DNA of 55,867 bases from a virus (Duplodnaviria > Caudoviricetes). The notes beneath the pieces were generated by a model. The model made no database searches and was not told where the DNA came from. It saw only the letters and a list, made by a program, of their open reading frames with translations. Positions 28,685 to 38,939 of this stretch are shown one piece after another (position 1 is the stretch's first letter; every line of letters starts with the position of its first letter). Made by a program: the position numbers and the translations under genes. The stretch covers positions 1-55,867 of the IMG/VR virus record IMGVR_UViG_3300025723_000048, one strand, 5' to 3'.

Positions 28685-29275
28685 ATGACACCAAGAAAAG
28701 GACACATAATAGTTAAAGCTTATTTAGAACAAAAAGAAACACATAAAGTAACAAGACCTGATGGGTCAGTTGTTCAGTTGTATATAGGTAGAAAGTTTGG
28801 GGAGAACAGTAGAGAGATAAACCCTACTGTATGTGAGGTGATATCTAAGGCTGATGATATAGACCAAGTAGATGTAGGAGATATTGTTATTGTACATCAT
28901 AACATGGTTGTTAACGATGCTATTAGAATAGAAAAGAATATAGATGAGCAGACTGTAATACTAACGCTGTTCTGTAATAATTTATTGTACGCAAAGATTA
29001 ACAAAGTTACAGGGGAGCTAGAGCCTATCTATTCAAACTGTATAGCAGAAAGAATAATGATAAAAGAGCAGACTAATATCTTAACAACCTTTGAACGTAA
29101 GGATGACCATAAATTTAAGATAGTATCTACACCAAAAGACTTTACTAGAGTTAAGCCAGGTGACAATGTACTATGTTATAAGTATAGTGATTACGAGATG
29201 GTATATCATTTTAATAACATAGAAAGAAGGGCTATAAGAATTTGGGGTGAAGACATACTTGGAGTATTTAATTAA
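28685..29275 (+). CDS. Tandem (two-domain) GroES-like co-chaperonin
   Basis: Two units, P....IIV...V.VGD.V.VHHN and P......E...VKPGD.V...Y...DILGV, each resembling the GroES fold. Confidence 0.7.
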   Translation: MTPRKGHIIVKAYLEQKETHKVTRPDGSVVQLYIGRKFGENSREINPTVCEVISKADDIDQVDVGDIVIVHHNMVVNDAIRIEKNIDEQTVILTLFCNNLLYAKINKVTGELEPIYSNCIAERIMIKEQTNILTTFERKDDHKFKIVSTPKDFTRVKPGDNVLCYKYSDYEMVYHFNNIERRAIRIWGEDILGVFN

Positions 29276-29293
29276 GATTGTTACTTTTGGTAT

Positions 29294-29659
29294 ATGACAG
29301 CAAGAGCTATATACCAATTACTAATAATTAATTCTACGAAGGCTATTCCATTGGTTGCGGATGTTTATGATATATCAAACCTTAAGAATGAGAAAGATGT
29401 AACACCGGGTATATTTTTGTTATTCAATTCAAAGAATGTCTTATCAAGGTTTGGCTGCTCGTATGACAATGTAATTGAACACGCAATAAATAATTCACAT
29501 GATGAGTCTATATATGGGTACTATATAATATCAGATGTTAATAACCCATTGAGTAGCCAGGATATAGATGACATATACGAAAACATATTAGAAGGTTATT
29601 TCCATATAGCCGTACTAGGTAAGGAAGCGGAAATACCAATAGATATAATATTAAACTAA
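29294..29659 (+). CDS. Hypothetical protein
   Basis: TACTTTTG promoter box ends 4 nt before the ATG. Confidence 0.7.
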   Translation: MTARAIYQLLIINSTKAIPLVADVYDISNLKNEKDVTPGIFLLFNSKNVLSRFGCSYDNVIEHAINNSHDESIYGYYIISDVNNPLSSQDIDDIYENILEGYFHIAVLGKEAEIPIDIILN

Positions 29660-29967
29660 TGACTATAGAACAAGAGTTGAAGCTATACAAGACAGACGGA
29701 ATGTTTGCCTTGTATTTTGCTTTAAATAGAAAGCTTAATGAAGTATCAAGTAATCTTAATTCATTTGAACTTGACTTGACTGCAGATGATAAAACATTTG
29801 AAAGGTTTATCAAGTTAGCAGCAGCCTTAAAAGAAACTGCAGATACAGTTAATTGGTTGAGAATCAACTACTTAAAAATGGATGAAGATGAAGCTAAACA
29901 AGTGGAGAAGAAAGGTATACCACTATTAGAGCAGTTAGTTAAAAACACAAAGGATGATAAAAAGTAA
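29659..29967 (+). CDS. Putative terminase small subunit
   Basis: Small helical protein near the GroES-like and portal genes; call rests mainly on position. Confidence 0.4.
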   Translation: MTIEQELKLYKTDGMFALYFALNRKLNEVSSNLNSFELDLTADDKTFERFIKLAAALKETADTVNWLRINYLKMDEDEAKQVEKKGIPLLEQLVKNTKDDKK

Positions 29968-30712
29968 AACAATAACACATGAAGGGCTCAATGTAACAAT
30001 GAATATAGATGTGGGTTCTTTAAAAGAGAAACTACTAGGGCCATATAGATATGCCTTGAAGGTACTTAAGAGTATGGTACTCAAAAGAGAAAGGTATATA
30101 AAAAAATTGCATAGGACTTTAAGGAAGAGGGATAATATTATATTTAATATATATGCCTCCAACAGGATATACGCTACATCCTCAGTAGACCTTAGCACAA
30201 AAAGATTAGTGATTCTTTCATATCTTTACAATACAGATTATGCTAAGCTAGAAAGGATAAGAGCTGATTTGAAGGTAGCCGGCACAGGAGTGTACGTTAA
30301 GCAGCTTGACCTGAACTTCCTAGTAAACAAAGGCCTTATATTGAAGGCAGAAGATTCTAGGTACTATTATATATCTGACATAGGAAAGAAGAAGATTGAT
30401 TATGTATGCGAGCTTTGGAAGTCTAGTATGCACTACTTCTTAAAGAACAAAGCAAACAAGGGCACTACGATATTCAAGGTTGCGGAAAAAGATAAGAGGC
30501 CTCGTAGGATATTTACAACTGAACAGAAAGAACAGAAGTCTATTTGGTATAGAACTATGATGCAGCCTTTTTGGGAATCAAATATAAAGAGTATCCCTAG
30601 AGACTTAAATAAAAGAAGGGATGTACTTATAGCCTGGATGGATAATAAGAAGATGAAGGGTGAACCTATAGATAAGCTGCATTATGAATATCTGCAAAAA
30701 TGGAGTAAATAA
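29954..30712 (+). CDS. Basic winged-helix DNA-binding protein
   Basis: L.FLVNKGLI......YYISD.GK wing motif. Confidence 0.6.
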   Translation: MIKSKTITHEGLNVTMNIDVGSLKEKLLGPYRYALKVLKSMVLKRERYIKKLHRTLRKRDNIIFNIYASNRIYATSSVDLSTKRLVILSYLYNTDYAKLERIRADLKVAGTGVYVKQLDLNFLVNKGLILKAEDSRYYYISDIGKKKIDYVCELWKSSMHYFLKNKANKGTTIFKVAEKDKRPRRIFTTEQKEQKSIWYRTMMQPFWESNIKSIPRDLNKRRDVLIAWMDNKKMKGEPIDKLHYEYLQKWSK

Positions 30713-30718
30713 TATATT

Positions 30719-30868
30719 ATGAAAATAAAAAAGAAGAAAAAGAAGACTCCTTTCTTCTATCAGAACTATCCTTTGCCATATGTATCTGAGGATAAGGGTG
30801 GTACAAGTACAACGGTAGGAACAAAAAAAGGCGGAGCACTAGCAGCAGGAAAGCCTACTTCTAAGTAA
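30719..30868 (+). CDS. 49-aa Lys-rich peptide (not in ORF track)
   Basis: MKIKKKKKKTPFFYQNYPLPY...GKPTSK*. Confidence 0.55.
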   Translation: MKIKKKKKKTPFFYQNYPLPYVSEDKGGTSTTVGTKKGGALAAGKPTSK

Positions 30869-30899
30869 TTTTTCTTACATTTGTCTTAAATGTATTCTA

Positions 30900-33251
30900 A
30901 TGACATATTCTAGCATGGAGGAATTGTTGCAGATGCACATGGATAAACCATCCCAAAAGAGAAAGAAGGATTATGGTTTAAAAGTTGCAAAAGGAATCTT
31001 CAACGGAGCCGACAGAAACTTTGATGGATTTTATGGTAAACGCTACAGACAGTGGCGAGCCAACCGTGAGTTTAGTTACGGTACAAATAATACAAAAGAA
31101 TTTATGGACCTAATGAGGGTGGAAGGCAATCAGTCTTTTATCAACCTTGATTGGAGTCCTATTAAGATAGCTCCTAAGTTTGTTGAAATAATCTTAGGGC
31201 AATTTATGTCTAGAAGAGAAGTGCCTATTGTAAAGGCGACTGATGACCTTAGCTTTAATATTAAAGAACTAGAAAAACAAGAAGCAAAGTTTAGGCTTAA
31301 GAATAAAGAACAGATTCAAGCCTTAGAAGAAAAAATGGGCCACAAGATAGAAAGCCAAAAGTTCATGCCGGAAGATGAAGATGAACTTGCTTTGTATTTT
31401 GATTTAGAATATAGACTTCCCGAAGAGATACTTTTTGAAACAAAGATTAAAAAGGTATTAGATGATAACGATATTAATGTTCTTAAAAGACAACTGATTA
31501 GAGATATTATAGATTGTAATTTTGCTTGTACTAAGCTTTACTATGATGCTAATAATAATATAAAAATCAAAAGATGTAAACCTGAGAACTTAATATATAA
31601 TGTATTTGAAACCGACAACGGTAAAGATATAGCTTATATAGGTTTGGTTGAGCCAATGAAGATTTCTACTATAAGAAGAAAATTCAATATAGATGAAGAA
31701 ACATTATTCAAGCTTGCTCAGAAAGCTTCTAGAGAACTTAAGAGAAGTGAAAACCTTTATTGGAAAGACTCATACAAATATACAGAGCTTAGGCCCTATG
31801 ACGACTATTCGGTATTGGTGTTCGACTTTGAAGTAAAGACTACCGATGTTGAATACTCTGTAAAGACTGAAAATAAATTTGGTAATTTATTAGTAGTTCC
31901 AAAACAAGGTAAGCCAGTAGCACCGGCAGGTCAGGAAATAAATGGAGAGGTTATAGAGTCTAAGAAAATGAACATCTACAATGGTATGTATGTAGTTGAT
32001 ACAGACATAATGTTGAAGTGGGATGTATGTGAAGATATTCCTAGACCATACGATAATACTGTTGATGCGTTTTTTAATTACTCAGTAATATGCCCTAACT
32101 CTAATGGTAGCTTAGTTCCTTCTATGATTGAGAAGGCTATGGGTCCTATTAGACAAATGATTGTTATTCGTTTAAAGATGCAGCAGTTGATTGCTACAAT
32201 GAGGCCCGATGGTTTCATGGTTGATATATCAGGGCTTAGAGATGTTGATTTAGGTTTAGGTAATACAACAGACCCATTAAAGTTAATGAGGGTGTATGAC
32301 CAAACAGGTAGGGTATATTGGGATTCAACAGGTGATGACGGAGAAAGAAAAGCACCCCCTATTCAACCTTTGGCTTCTAATGCAAACGTTGCTCAGTTGA
32401 ATACTTTAGTTCAGCAGTACAACTTTGAGTTAGATAGATTAAGAGAAGAGATGGGTATATCAGAATATAAGGATGGTTCAAGTGTACCAGTTAAGACCGG
32501 ACTTGGAGTAATGCAGAACCAAATATCTGCTTCTAATAATGCTATTGAATTTATATACGATGGCTACACTACATTGATGGAAGAGACTTGTGAAAAGATT
32601 TCAATGATGCTTTGGGATTTAGTTGTATTGAAAGCTTCTAAGTTCAAAGAGTTTGAAGGATATGAAATGAGTCTTATAGATATGACATTTGATGTTAAGG
32701 TTAATTTAATATCAGATGACAAACAGAGAGCTGAGTTACAGCAGTTAATGAATACAGCAGTACAGGCTGGAGCTATTACTTACGAACAGGTATTTAAGAT
32801 TAAGAATATTGAAGATGTTAAGTTAGCTGAGTTATATCTTTCTCGTTCAATGAAGAGAGCTAAGAAGGAAGCAGAAGAGACTGCTCAAAAGAATGCTCAG
32901 ATGAATGCTCAGATTCAGCAACAATCATCTCAGGCTAGTATGCAACAAGATGCTCAGTTAGAACAACTGAGAGCTCAGTCTAAGGTTATGGTTGAGAATA
33001 GCAAGGGAAGTGCTGATAAGGATTTAGAGTTATTGAAGTTTGCATCTGCTATGTATACCGTATCTTTGAATAGTGGGAAAGAAGTTCCATCTGATTTAAA
33101 ACAAATGATTGATACTATATTGTCATCTGCAGTTCAAGAGAAGATGCAACAAGGCCAACAAACTCAGCAGGCACAGCAAACACAGCAAGCAGGAGGTGAA
33201 CAAGAAGATGGCCAGGGTGAAGGACAAGAAGAACAAGATAATCAACAATAG
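30900..33251 (+). CDS. Portal protein
   Basis: LDWSPIKIAPKFV.I, ELALYF.L.Y..PEEI, Q-rich C-terminal barrel; precedes scaffold and capsid genes. Confidence 0.88.
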   Translation: MTYSSMEELLQMHMDKPSQKRKKDYGLKVAKGIFNGADRNFDGFYGKRYRQWRANREFSYGTNNTKEFMDLMRVEGNQSFINLDWSPIKIAPKFVEIILGQFMSRREVPIVKATDDLSFNIKELEKQEAKFRLKNKEQIQALEEKMGHKIESQKFMPEDEDELALYFDLEYRLPEEILFETKIKKVLDDNDINVLKRQLIRDIIDCNFACTKLYYDANNNIKIKRCKPENLIYNVFETDNGKDIAYIGLVEPMKISTIRRKFNIDEETLFKLAQKASRELKRSENLYWKDSYKYTELRPYDDYSVLVFDFEVKTTDVEYSVKTENKFGNLLVVPKQGKPVAPAGQEINGEVIESKKMNIYNGMYVVDTDIMLKWDVCEDIPRPYDNTVDAFFNYSVICPNSNGSLVPSMIEKAMGPIRQMIVIRLKMQQLIATMRPDGFMVDISGLRDVDLGLGNTTDPLKLMRVYDQTGRVYWDSTGDDGERKAPPIQPLASNANVAQLNTLVQQYNFELDRLREEMGISEYKDGSSVPVKTGLGVMQNQISASNNAIEFIYDGYTTLMEETCEKISMMLWDLVVLKASKFKEFEGYEMSLIDMTFDVKVNLISDDKQRAELQQLMNTAVQAGAITYEQVFKIKNIEDVKLAELYLSRSMKRAKKEAEETAQKNAQMNAQIQQQSSQASMQQDAQLEQLRAQSKVMVENSKGSADKDLELLKFASAMYTVSLNSGKEVPSDLKQMIDTILSSAVQEKMQQGQQTQQAQQTQQAGGEQEDGQGEGQEEQDNQQ

Positions 33252-33274
33252 TTTGTGTGTTTTTTTCATGTGTT

Positions 33275-33304
33275 AGGGGGAGGGTTTCTACCCTTCCCTT
33301 TTTT
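33275..33304 (+). terminator. Intrinsic terminator
   Basis: GGGAGGGT-TTCT-ACCCTTCCC followed by a T-run. Confidence 0.75.
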
Positions 33305-33308
33305 GTTT

Positions 33309-33339
33309 TTTGAATTACAAAACTTTCTATATATATTTG
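33309..33339 (+). promoter_or_regulatory. Bacteroidota promoter for scaffold-capsid operon
   Basis: TTTG-N19-TATATTTG. Confidence 0.8.
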
Positions 33340-33381
33340 TGAATAGTTTTAGGACAAGTAAATCCCATAAACAAAAGAAAT

Positions 33382-34617
33382 ATGGAAAATAATGACATCG
33401 TTCAGGAGTATGCTGAACAACAACAAACGACAACACAAAGTTCTTCTAGTACAGACATACTTCAAGAGTATGCTAACTCTTTAAAAGAAAAAGAAGAAAG
33501 TGAAGAAGAAAACCATAGTAATGAATTTAGTCAAGATGATGTTTTAAATGACATATCTACAGATGTTTCACATGAAACATTTGAGCATTACGACGAAGCT
33601 TCTAACATTGAAATGAGTGATGAAGAAAGAGATGATTTTATAAATACTTATTTCTTTAATGGTCATGAAGCTAGTAATATTAGTGATGATGTTTTAGATG
33701 AAGAAGATTTCATCAGACAAAGAACAGGCGGTAGATATAATAGTTGGGAAGAGCTAGAAGATGTTTTGAATACTGATAATTCCCAAGTAGGTAAGTTTGA
33801 GAATGAAACAACTGCAGCTATTTACAATATGCTTGCAGAAGGAAAAATAAATGAGGTAGTAGATTTATTACAGAAGAAAACATTTGCAGATAGCTTAAAA
33901 GATAAGTCAGACGATGCTGTATTGAAGGCTTATATAAAAGCAAATAATCCTGAGTTTGATTCACAGGATATTGAAGATGAATATAATGAGAAATATGTTT
34001 TAGATGAATTTGCTTTTGACGACACTAAATTAAGAAGAGAGCAGAAGAAACTAAATCAAAGAATAAAGTTAGATGTAGAAAACGCTAAAGAGTTCTTTTC
34101 AAAGTCGGCTGAGGATATAAAATTTCCGCAGTACACGCAACCGCAATCACAACAAGCTGAAGAGTTTGATGATGCTGAATCCCAAGAAGAAAGGAGTAAG
34201 TTTTTATCTTCATTAAGCAATGTTGAAAAGCGTGTAAATAATCTTCCTTTCTCATGGAGGGATGATAAAACAAATTTGTCCGTTAATGGTAAGTTTGAAA
34301 TTCCTTCACAGGAGTTATCAAAGTACCGTGAAGGGGCTGAAAATTTAGAAGCTTATCTTTCCTCTAAATACTACCAAGACGGTCAGTATAAAGGAGATGA
34401 ACTTGTAAAACATTTGTATGTTGCGGATAATCTTGATAAGATAATCAGTTCTGCTGTTTCACAAGCGGTAAATCAGACAAGACTAGAGATTCTTAAAAAG
34501 AGCAAGAATATCTCAATTGACAATGAAGCGACTCCAACGTTTAGACCTAACGCATCCGATGAAGAGAGTAATATGTTCGACAAGCTCTTCATGGGACACT
34601 TAACCCGTCGGACCTAA
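33382..34617 (+). CDS. Capsid scaffolding protein
   Basis: Very acidic N-terminus, helical C-terminus, between portal and capsid genes. Confidence 0.75.
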   Translation: MENNDIVQEYAEQQQTTTQSSSSTDILQEYANSLKEKEESEEENHSNEFSQDDVLNDISTDVSHETFEHYDEASNIEMSDEERDDFINTYFFNGHEASNISDDVLDEEDFIRQRTGGRYNSWEELEDVLNTDNSQVGKFENETTAAIYNMLAEGKINEVVDLLQKKTFADSLKDKSDDAVLKAYIKANNPEFDSQDIEDEYNEKYVLDEFAFDDTKLRREQKKLNQRIKLDVENAKEFFSKSAEDIKFPQYTQPQSQQAEEFDDAESQEERSKFLSSLSNVEKRVNNLPFSWRDDKTNLSVNGKFEIPSQELSKYREGAENLEAYLSSKYYQDGQYKGDELVKHLYVADNLDKIISSAVSQAVNQTRLEILKKSKNISIDNEATPTFRPNASDEESNMFDKLFMGHLTRRT

Positions 34618-34636
34618 AAAAATTAAATAATTAAAT

Positions 34637-36019
34637 ATGCCAACGAATACTTTCCCTAGTTATTCACAGTCAGGTATAGCATTATCAGCCGGTAACAGGC
34701 AGTTGCTAAATGACTTGAATATTTTTGACCGTTCTTTTGAAAAGAACTTAGTACGCAAATATGGTGCTGAAAACTATGCCATGGTTCAAATGGCTTTAGG
34801 TAATTCAGTAGTAGAAGCCAAGTCTGATAACCGTCAGTTCTACCATTATGAAAAACGTGGTTTACATCAGGCAGTTAAAGTTAAGACTGTTGTTACTGCT
34901 CCTGCTGCAGGTGCTGCTGTTACAGTTACTTTAGATACTGAGTCTTACTACAGTTCAGGTACAGAATCTCCAGTTCGTGTTGGTGAAGTTGTTCGTATCA
35001 TGACATCAGGTCTTGAAGGACAAATCACTGCTATCAACAAAGGAACTGCTTATGCTCACACAGCTACAATCACTCCTTTACAAGCTGCTAATGCTTTTGT
35101 ATCTGCAGGTTCATCTAACTTAGTTGCAGGTGAATATTTGCTTTTAAGAGGTGCTGTAAACGTTGGAGAACAATCAGGTAAATTAGATGGTATCTCTCCA
35201 TTGTTAGATAAAATTTACAATACCACTACTGAACACCGTGATGATTATACAATCACTGACCGTGCTGATATTGAAAAGAATGAAGTTGATTTTGGTAATG
35301 GTCAATACTACTATTACTACTTAGCGATGGATGATATGAATCGTCGTTACATGAATCAAATGTTCTTTAAAGTAATGGAAGGAACTGCTGTAGATAACCT
35401 AAGCAATGGTACAGTAGGTACAACAGGTGTGTTACCAAGAGTAGCAGCTAACGGTACTACTATTCAGTACACTGCAGGTTCTGCTGCTTTGAGTGATGTT
35501 CATACTTTGACTCGTGCATTGAATTTCTATGGTGGTGCAGGTGAGTACCATTGGTTACAAGATATTTATCAAAGACAAGAAATTAACGACTTGTTATTTG
35601 GTAAATACAATAACGGTGCTATCCTTTATGGTTCAGTTGGTGGAAACCAAGAAGCTGCGGTAAGTTACGGATTTAGTTCTTTCACTATTGATGGTTATAC
35701 TTTCCATTTCTTCTTGAACAATATGTTTAGCCCTGAATCTGTATACCAAATTGCTCCAGGTTCTTTGACTCCTGAAAAACGTAACTATGGTTGTTTGATT
35801 CCTCAAAAAATCAATAGTGATGCTAAGACAGGAAAACAATTCCCTAGCTTCCAAATCGTGTTCCAAGAAGTAAACGGACAAAGAATCCTTACTACTGAAA
35901 CAGGTATGTTAGCTCCTCAGAACAAAACTACTGACGCTCAAAAGACCATTACAATGTTGTCTTTCCCAGGTGTTCGTACTTTTGCTGCTAACCAATACGC
36001 TATCTTCAAAGGTGTATAG
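34637..36019 (+). CDS. Major capsid protein
   Basis: 460 aa, codon usage typical of highly expressed genes, follows scaffold, followed by terminator. Confidence 0.85.
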   Translation: MPTNTFPSYSQSGIALSAGNRQLLNDLNIFDRSFEKNLVRKYGAENYAMVQMALGNSVVEAKSDNRQFYHYEKRGLHQAVKVKTVVTAPAAGAAVTVTLDTESYYSSGTESPVRVGEVVRIMTSGLEGQITAINKGTAYAHTATITPLQAANAFVSAGSSNLVAGEYLLLRGAVNVGEQSGKLDGISPLLDKIYNTTTEHRDDYTITDRADIEKNEVDFGNGQYYYYYLAMDDMNRRYMNQMFFKVMEGTAVDNLSNGTVGTTGVLPRVAANGTTIQYTAGSAALSDVHTLTRALNFYGGAGEYHWLQDIYQRQEINDLLFGKYNNGAILYGSVGGNQEAAVSYGFSSFTIDGYTFHFFLNNMFSPESVYQIAPGSLTPEKRNYGCLIPQKINSDAKTGKQFPSFQIVFQEVNGQRILTTETGMLAPQNKTTDAQKTITMLSFPGVRTFAANQYAIFKGV

Positions 36020-36043
36020 TTTTTGAGTGATGAATAATTAAAA

Positions 36044-36071
36044 GGGCCCCCTTAAAAAAGGGGCTTTTTTT
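36044..36071 (+). terminator. Intrinsic terminator after capsid gene
   Basis: GCCCC...GGGGC stem with a T-run. Confidence 0.75.
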
Positions 36072-36151
36072 ATGCCACAATGTCTTGAAAATATATGTGG
36101 CTTTTCTTTTGTTAGTTAGATATTATTAATATATTTGTAAAAAAATAAACT

Positions 36152-37066
36152 ATGGCAAAATCACTATCCGAGTTGACAAGTAACTCAATCGGAACGGATT
36201 CAGCTCTAAAGTCAAAGAGTGCGTCTGTTAAAAAAATTAAAAAAGAACCTGAAATCTATGTATTTAGATTGGTGACTGAACACCCTAAGTATTATGAAGG
36301 CTCTAGTGTATTCCCTCCAAGAGTAATGATTTCTAATAAAGATGTTATTCTTTGGAATTTTGGTACAGAAGAAGAGCCTGATTTACAGCCTAGACAGATT
36401 AGATATGTAGATGGACTTAATAGTATATTTGTTGATGAGCAAGAAGTTAATGGTGCATTACCTGAAAATATTGCTAACAAACAAACAAATGAAATTGTAT
36501 TTGAGAATGGACACCTAAGAGTTCCATCATGGAAGAAGCAGCTTATACTTTTCTTGAAGATAAATAATCAATGTGAGCAGCAAAAAAATAAGTTTAAAAA
36601 TATTAATAACTTATATAGATTATTAGACTTTGTAAATACAGATGATAATGTTATTGACCTTGGTAAGAAGAAAGATAGAGCATATGATGTTGCTCGTTCT
36701 GCTTCCGAAGAAGATATGATACCTCATGCTAAGTTCTTGGGTATACCATTTACTCATCCGGCAACAGGAGAAGAAAGAGATATTGATGCTATCAGAGAAG
36801 ATTACAAATCTAAGGCATTAGAATCTCCTGAGAAGTTCTTATTGTATGCTAACAATCCTAAAGTTAAGATTAGATTTATTGTAGAGAAAGCTCTTAATAA
36901 CTCAGTTATTACAACAGGATTAGTTAAGGGTCAAGTGCATTGGGTTTTAACTAAACAAATGATTGCTGAGATACCTACTAATAAAAATCAGATAGATGCT
37001 ATCGTTGATTATGCTAGTTCTACTGAAGGTGAAGCATTCTTAAGAACATTGAAGACTCAATTGTAA
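36152..37066 (+). CDS. Conserved post-capsid protein
   Basis: R.IRY......IFVDEQ...I.F.NG.L.V pattern; own TATATTTG box at 36130. Confidence 0.7.
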   Translation: MAKSLSELTSNSIGTDSALKSKSASVKKIKKEPEIYVFRLVTEHPKYYEGSSVFPPRVMISNKDVILWNFGTEEEPDLQPRQIRYVDGLNSIFVDEQEVNGALPENIANKQTNEIVFENGHLRVPSWKKQLILFLKINNQCEQQKNKFKNINNLYRLLDFVNTDDNVIDLGKKKDRAYDVARSASEEDMIPHAKFLGIPFTHPATGEERDIDAIREDYKSKALESPEKFLLYANNPKVKIRFIVEKALNNSVITTGLVKGQVHWVLTKQMIAEIPTNKNQIDAIVDYASSTEGEAFLRTLKTQL

Positions 37067-37117
37067 TTAAAATATATTCCGTATATTTGTTAAAAATAAC
37101 AAAAAAAAATAAAAAAA

Positions 37118-37567
37118 ATGGCAGACGATAAAAAACTAATGATGAAATCTTCATCAGATTCAACAGGGATGGGTGAAAAACCAGACTATGCTAAATTGAA
37201 AAGAAGAGCAGAAGTTGGAGATAGTATAGGAAAATCTATTGCAGGTGAGCATTATGGTAAGATAGGTTTACTATTTAAGACAACTGCTAGTGTTGGAAAA
37301 GACGAAGCTGATTTTGCAGGACAGGGTCCTTTAAAAGGTGTTACTGTTAGGATTAATAAAGCAACTAAAAAAGCTCAGTTAACTCACGATGGTCAAACAC
37401 AAGAAATGTCTATAAGCGAGTTAGGTGATATGACTTCTAAAGCTCACGGAGCATGGACTAAAAAATTAGAAGAAATATCTAAGTCTGCTAAAGCTCCTGA
37501 AGAAGCAAAGTCTGAAACTCCTGAAAACGTTAAAAAAATTAACGAGGCATTAAGAAAGAAGCAATAA
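37118..37567 (+). CDS. Hypothetical protein (monocistronic)
   Basis: Promoter box 37082-37089 and terminator 37589-37618. Confidence 0.7.
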   Translation: MADDKKLMMKSSSDSTGMGEKPDYAKLKRRAEVGDSIGKSIAGEHYGKIGLLFKTTASVGKDEADFAGQGPLKGVTVRINKATKKAQLTHDGQTQEMSISELGDMTSKAHGAWTKKLEEISKSAKAPEEAKSETPENVKKINEALRKKQ

Positions 37568-37588
37568 TCAATTATTAAGATAAGCAAA

Positions 37589-37618
37589 GTCCCTCGATTG
37601 ATTTCGGGGGATTTTTTT
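37589..37618 (+). terminator. Intrinsic terminator
   Basis: TCCCTCGA-N5-TCGGGGGA followed by T7. Confidence 0.75.
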
Positions 37619-37641
37619 GTATATTTGTGAAAATATCTACA

Positions 37642-38307
37642 ATGACTGTTGACCAAGTATACTCCATATTAAAATTCATTGTTAGAAAAAATCAATTAGG
37701 TAGTTTACCTCCTGCTGAATTTGAATACGCATTTAATACAGCTCAAAGGAACTACTATGATTTTCTAGTAGGAAGAATAGAACAATACCAATATGGAAGA
37801 CCTGTTCCTAGGGTAGGATTATCAATGACTGATAATATAGTTACTAGGCTAATGCCATTCCAAAAAACATCTACCCAAATACTTTCATCAGGTATTGTAA
37901 CAAAGCCAAGTGATATTAATAAACTATTGGCTATGTATACACCAAGTAATTACCGTGTATATAGAATAGAGGAAGATAGATTTGCCGAAAGAATGCAAGA
38001 CTCTATAGACCCTATAGATGAGAATAATGCTTTTTATATAGAAGAAAAAAGCTCATACCAAGTATACCCTACTACATTAACAAGTGTGGTTATTAAATAT
38101 TTAACTACACCTACTGATGTAAAATGGAACTATACATTAGATGGAAATGGAAGACCTGTTTACACATCTACAGGTAGTGTTCAACCTACTTGGTTAGAAA
38201 ATGATTATGATGAGTTAATAGCTAGAGCAGCTAAAATAATTGGTGTATCTTTGAAAGAGCCTAATGATGTTCAGTATGGCAATTCTGTAATACAAACCGG
38301 AGAATAA
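37642..38307 (+). CDS. Head-tail adaptor / ring protein
   Basis: K.Q.G.L.P.EF...FN.AQ, YL..P..VKW.Y; start ATG 37642. Confidence 0.7.
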   Translation: MTVDQVYSILKFIVRKNQLGSLPPAEFEYAFNTAQRNYYDFLVGRIEQYQYGRPVPRVGLSMTDNIVTRLMPFQKTSTQILSSGIVTKPSDINKLLAMYTPSNYRVYRIEEDRFAERMQDSIDPIDENNAFYIEEKSSYQVYPTTLTSVVIKYLTTPTDVKWNYTLDGNGRPVYTSTGSVQPTWLENDYDELIARAAKIIGVSLKEPNDVQYGNSVIQTGE

Positions 38308-38939
38308 TGGTAGTTACTACAAATCAAATGATAGATAGGGTTAGGAGAAGTTATTACAATAACTACCCTAGTGACTCTTCTGTGCTTACTGATAATGAGA
38401 TATTGTTATTTATTAACGATGCAGTAGCAGATTCTATATCAAAACAGACTAATGAGAATTATGCTGTAACAGGTATAATGACTGTACCTGATGGTTATAT
38501 AAGTACATTTCAAATAACATCTTTAGTAAAAGATGCTGACACAGGATTTTATACTTCTACAATACCTCATCCTCCTTTAGGACTACCTGATAACTCAGCA
38601 GTTCAAGGATGCTTTTTTGTTGGTATTAAAGGTCAAAGTAAGCCTGTAATATATGTATCATCTAGCCAAGTTGATTACTTTAGGTTTATGCCTTCTCCTC
38701 CAAAGGCTGCTTATTATTGGATTGAAGGTAATAAGATATTTATATATGTTAAGACTAATTTACCTGTAGGAACAAAGTTAAATGTTAGAATGGCTACCAT
38801 GACTACGAGTGATTTAAACGCTCCTATTAATGTTCCACCTGATGCTATAGACTTTGTTTATAGTACAGTATTTGCTAAATTAGTACAAAGAAAAGGTTTC
38901 AATTCAGATGAAGTAACAGACGGAAAAGATAGAGTATAA
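38307..38939 (+). CDS. Tail ring / adaptor protein
   Basis: Similar size and position to neighbouring ring proteins. Confidence 0.6.
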   Translation: MVVTTNQMIDRVRRSYYNNYPSDSSVLTDNEILLFINDAVADSISKQTNENYAVTGIMTVPDGYISTFQITSLVKDADTGFYTSTIPHPPLGLPDNSAVQGCFFVGIKGQSKPVIYVSSSQVDYFRFMPSPPKAAYYWIEGNKIFIYVKTNLPVGTKLNVRMATMTTSDLNAPINVPPDAIDFVYSTVFAKLVQRKGFNSDEVTDGKDRV

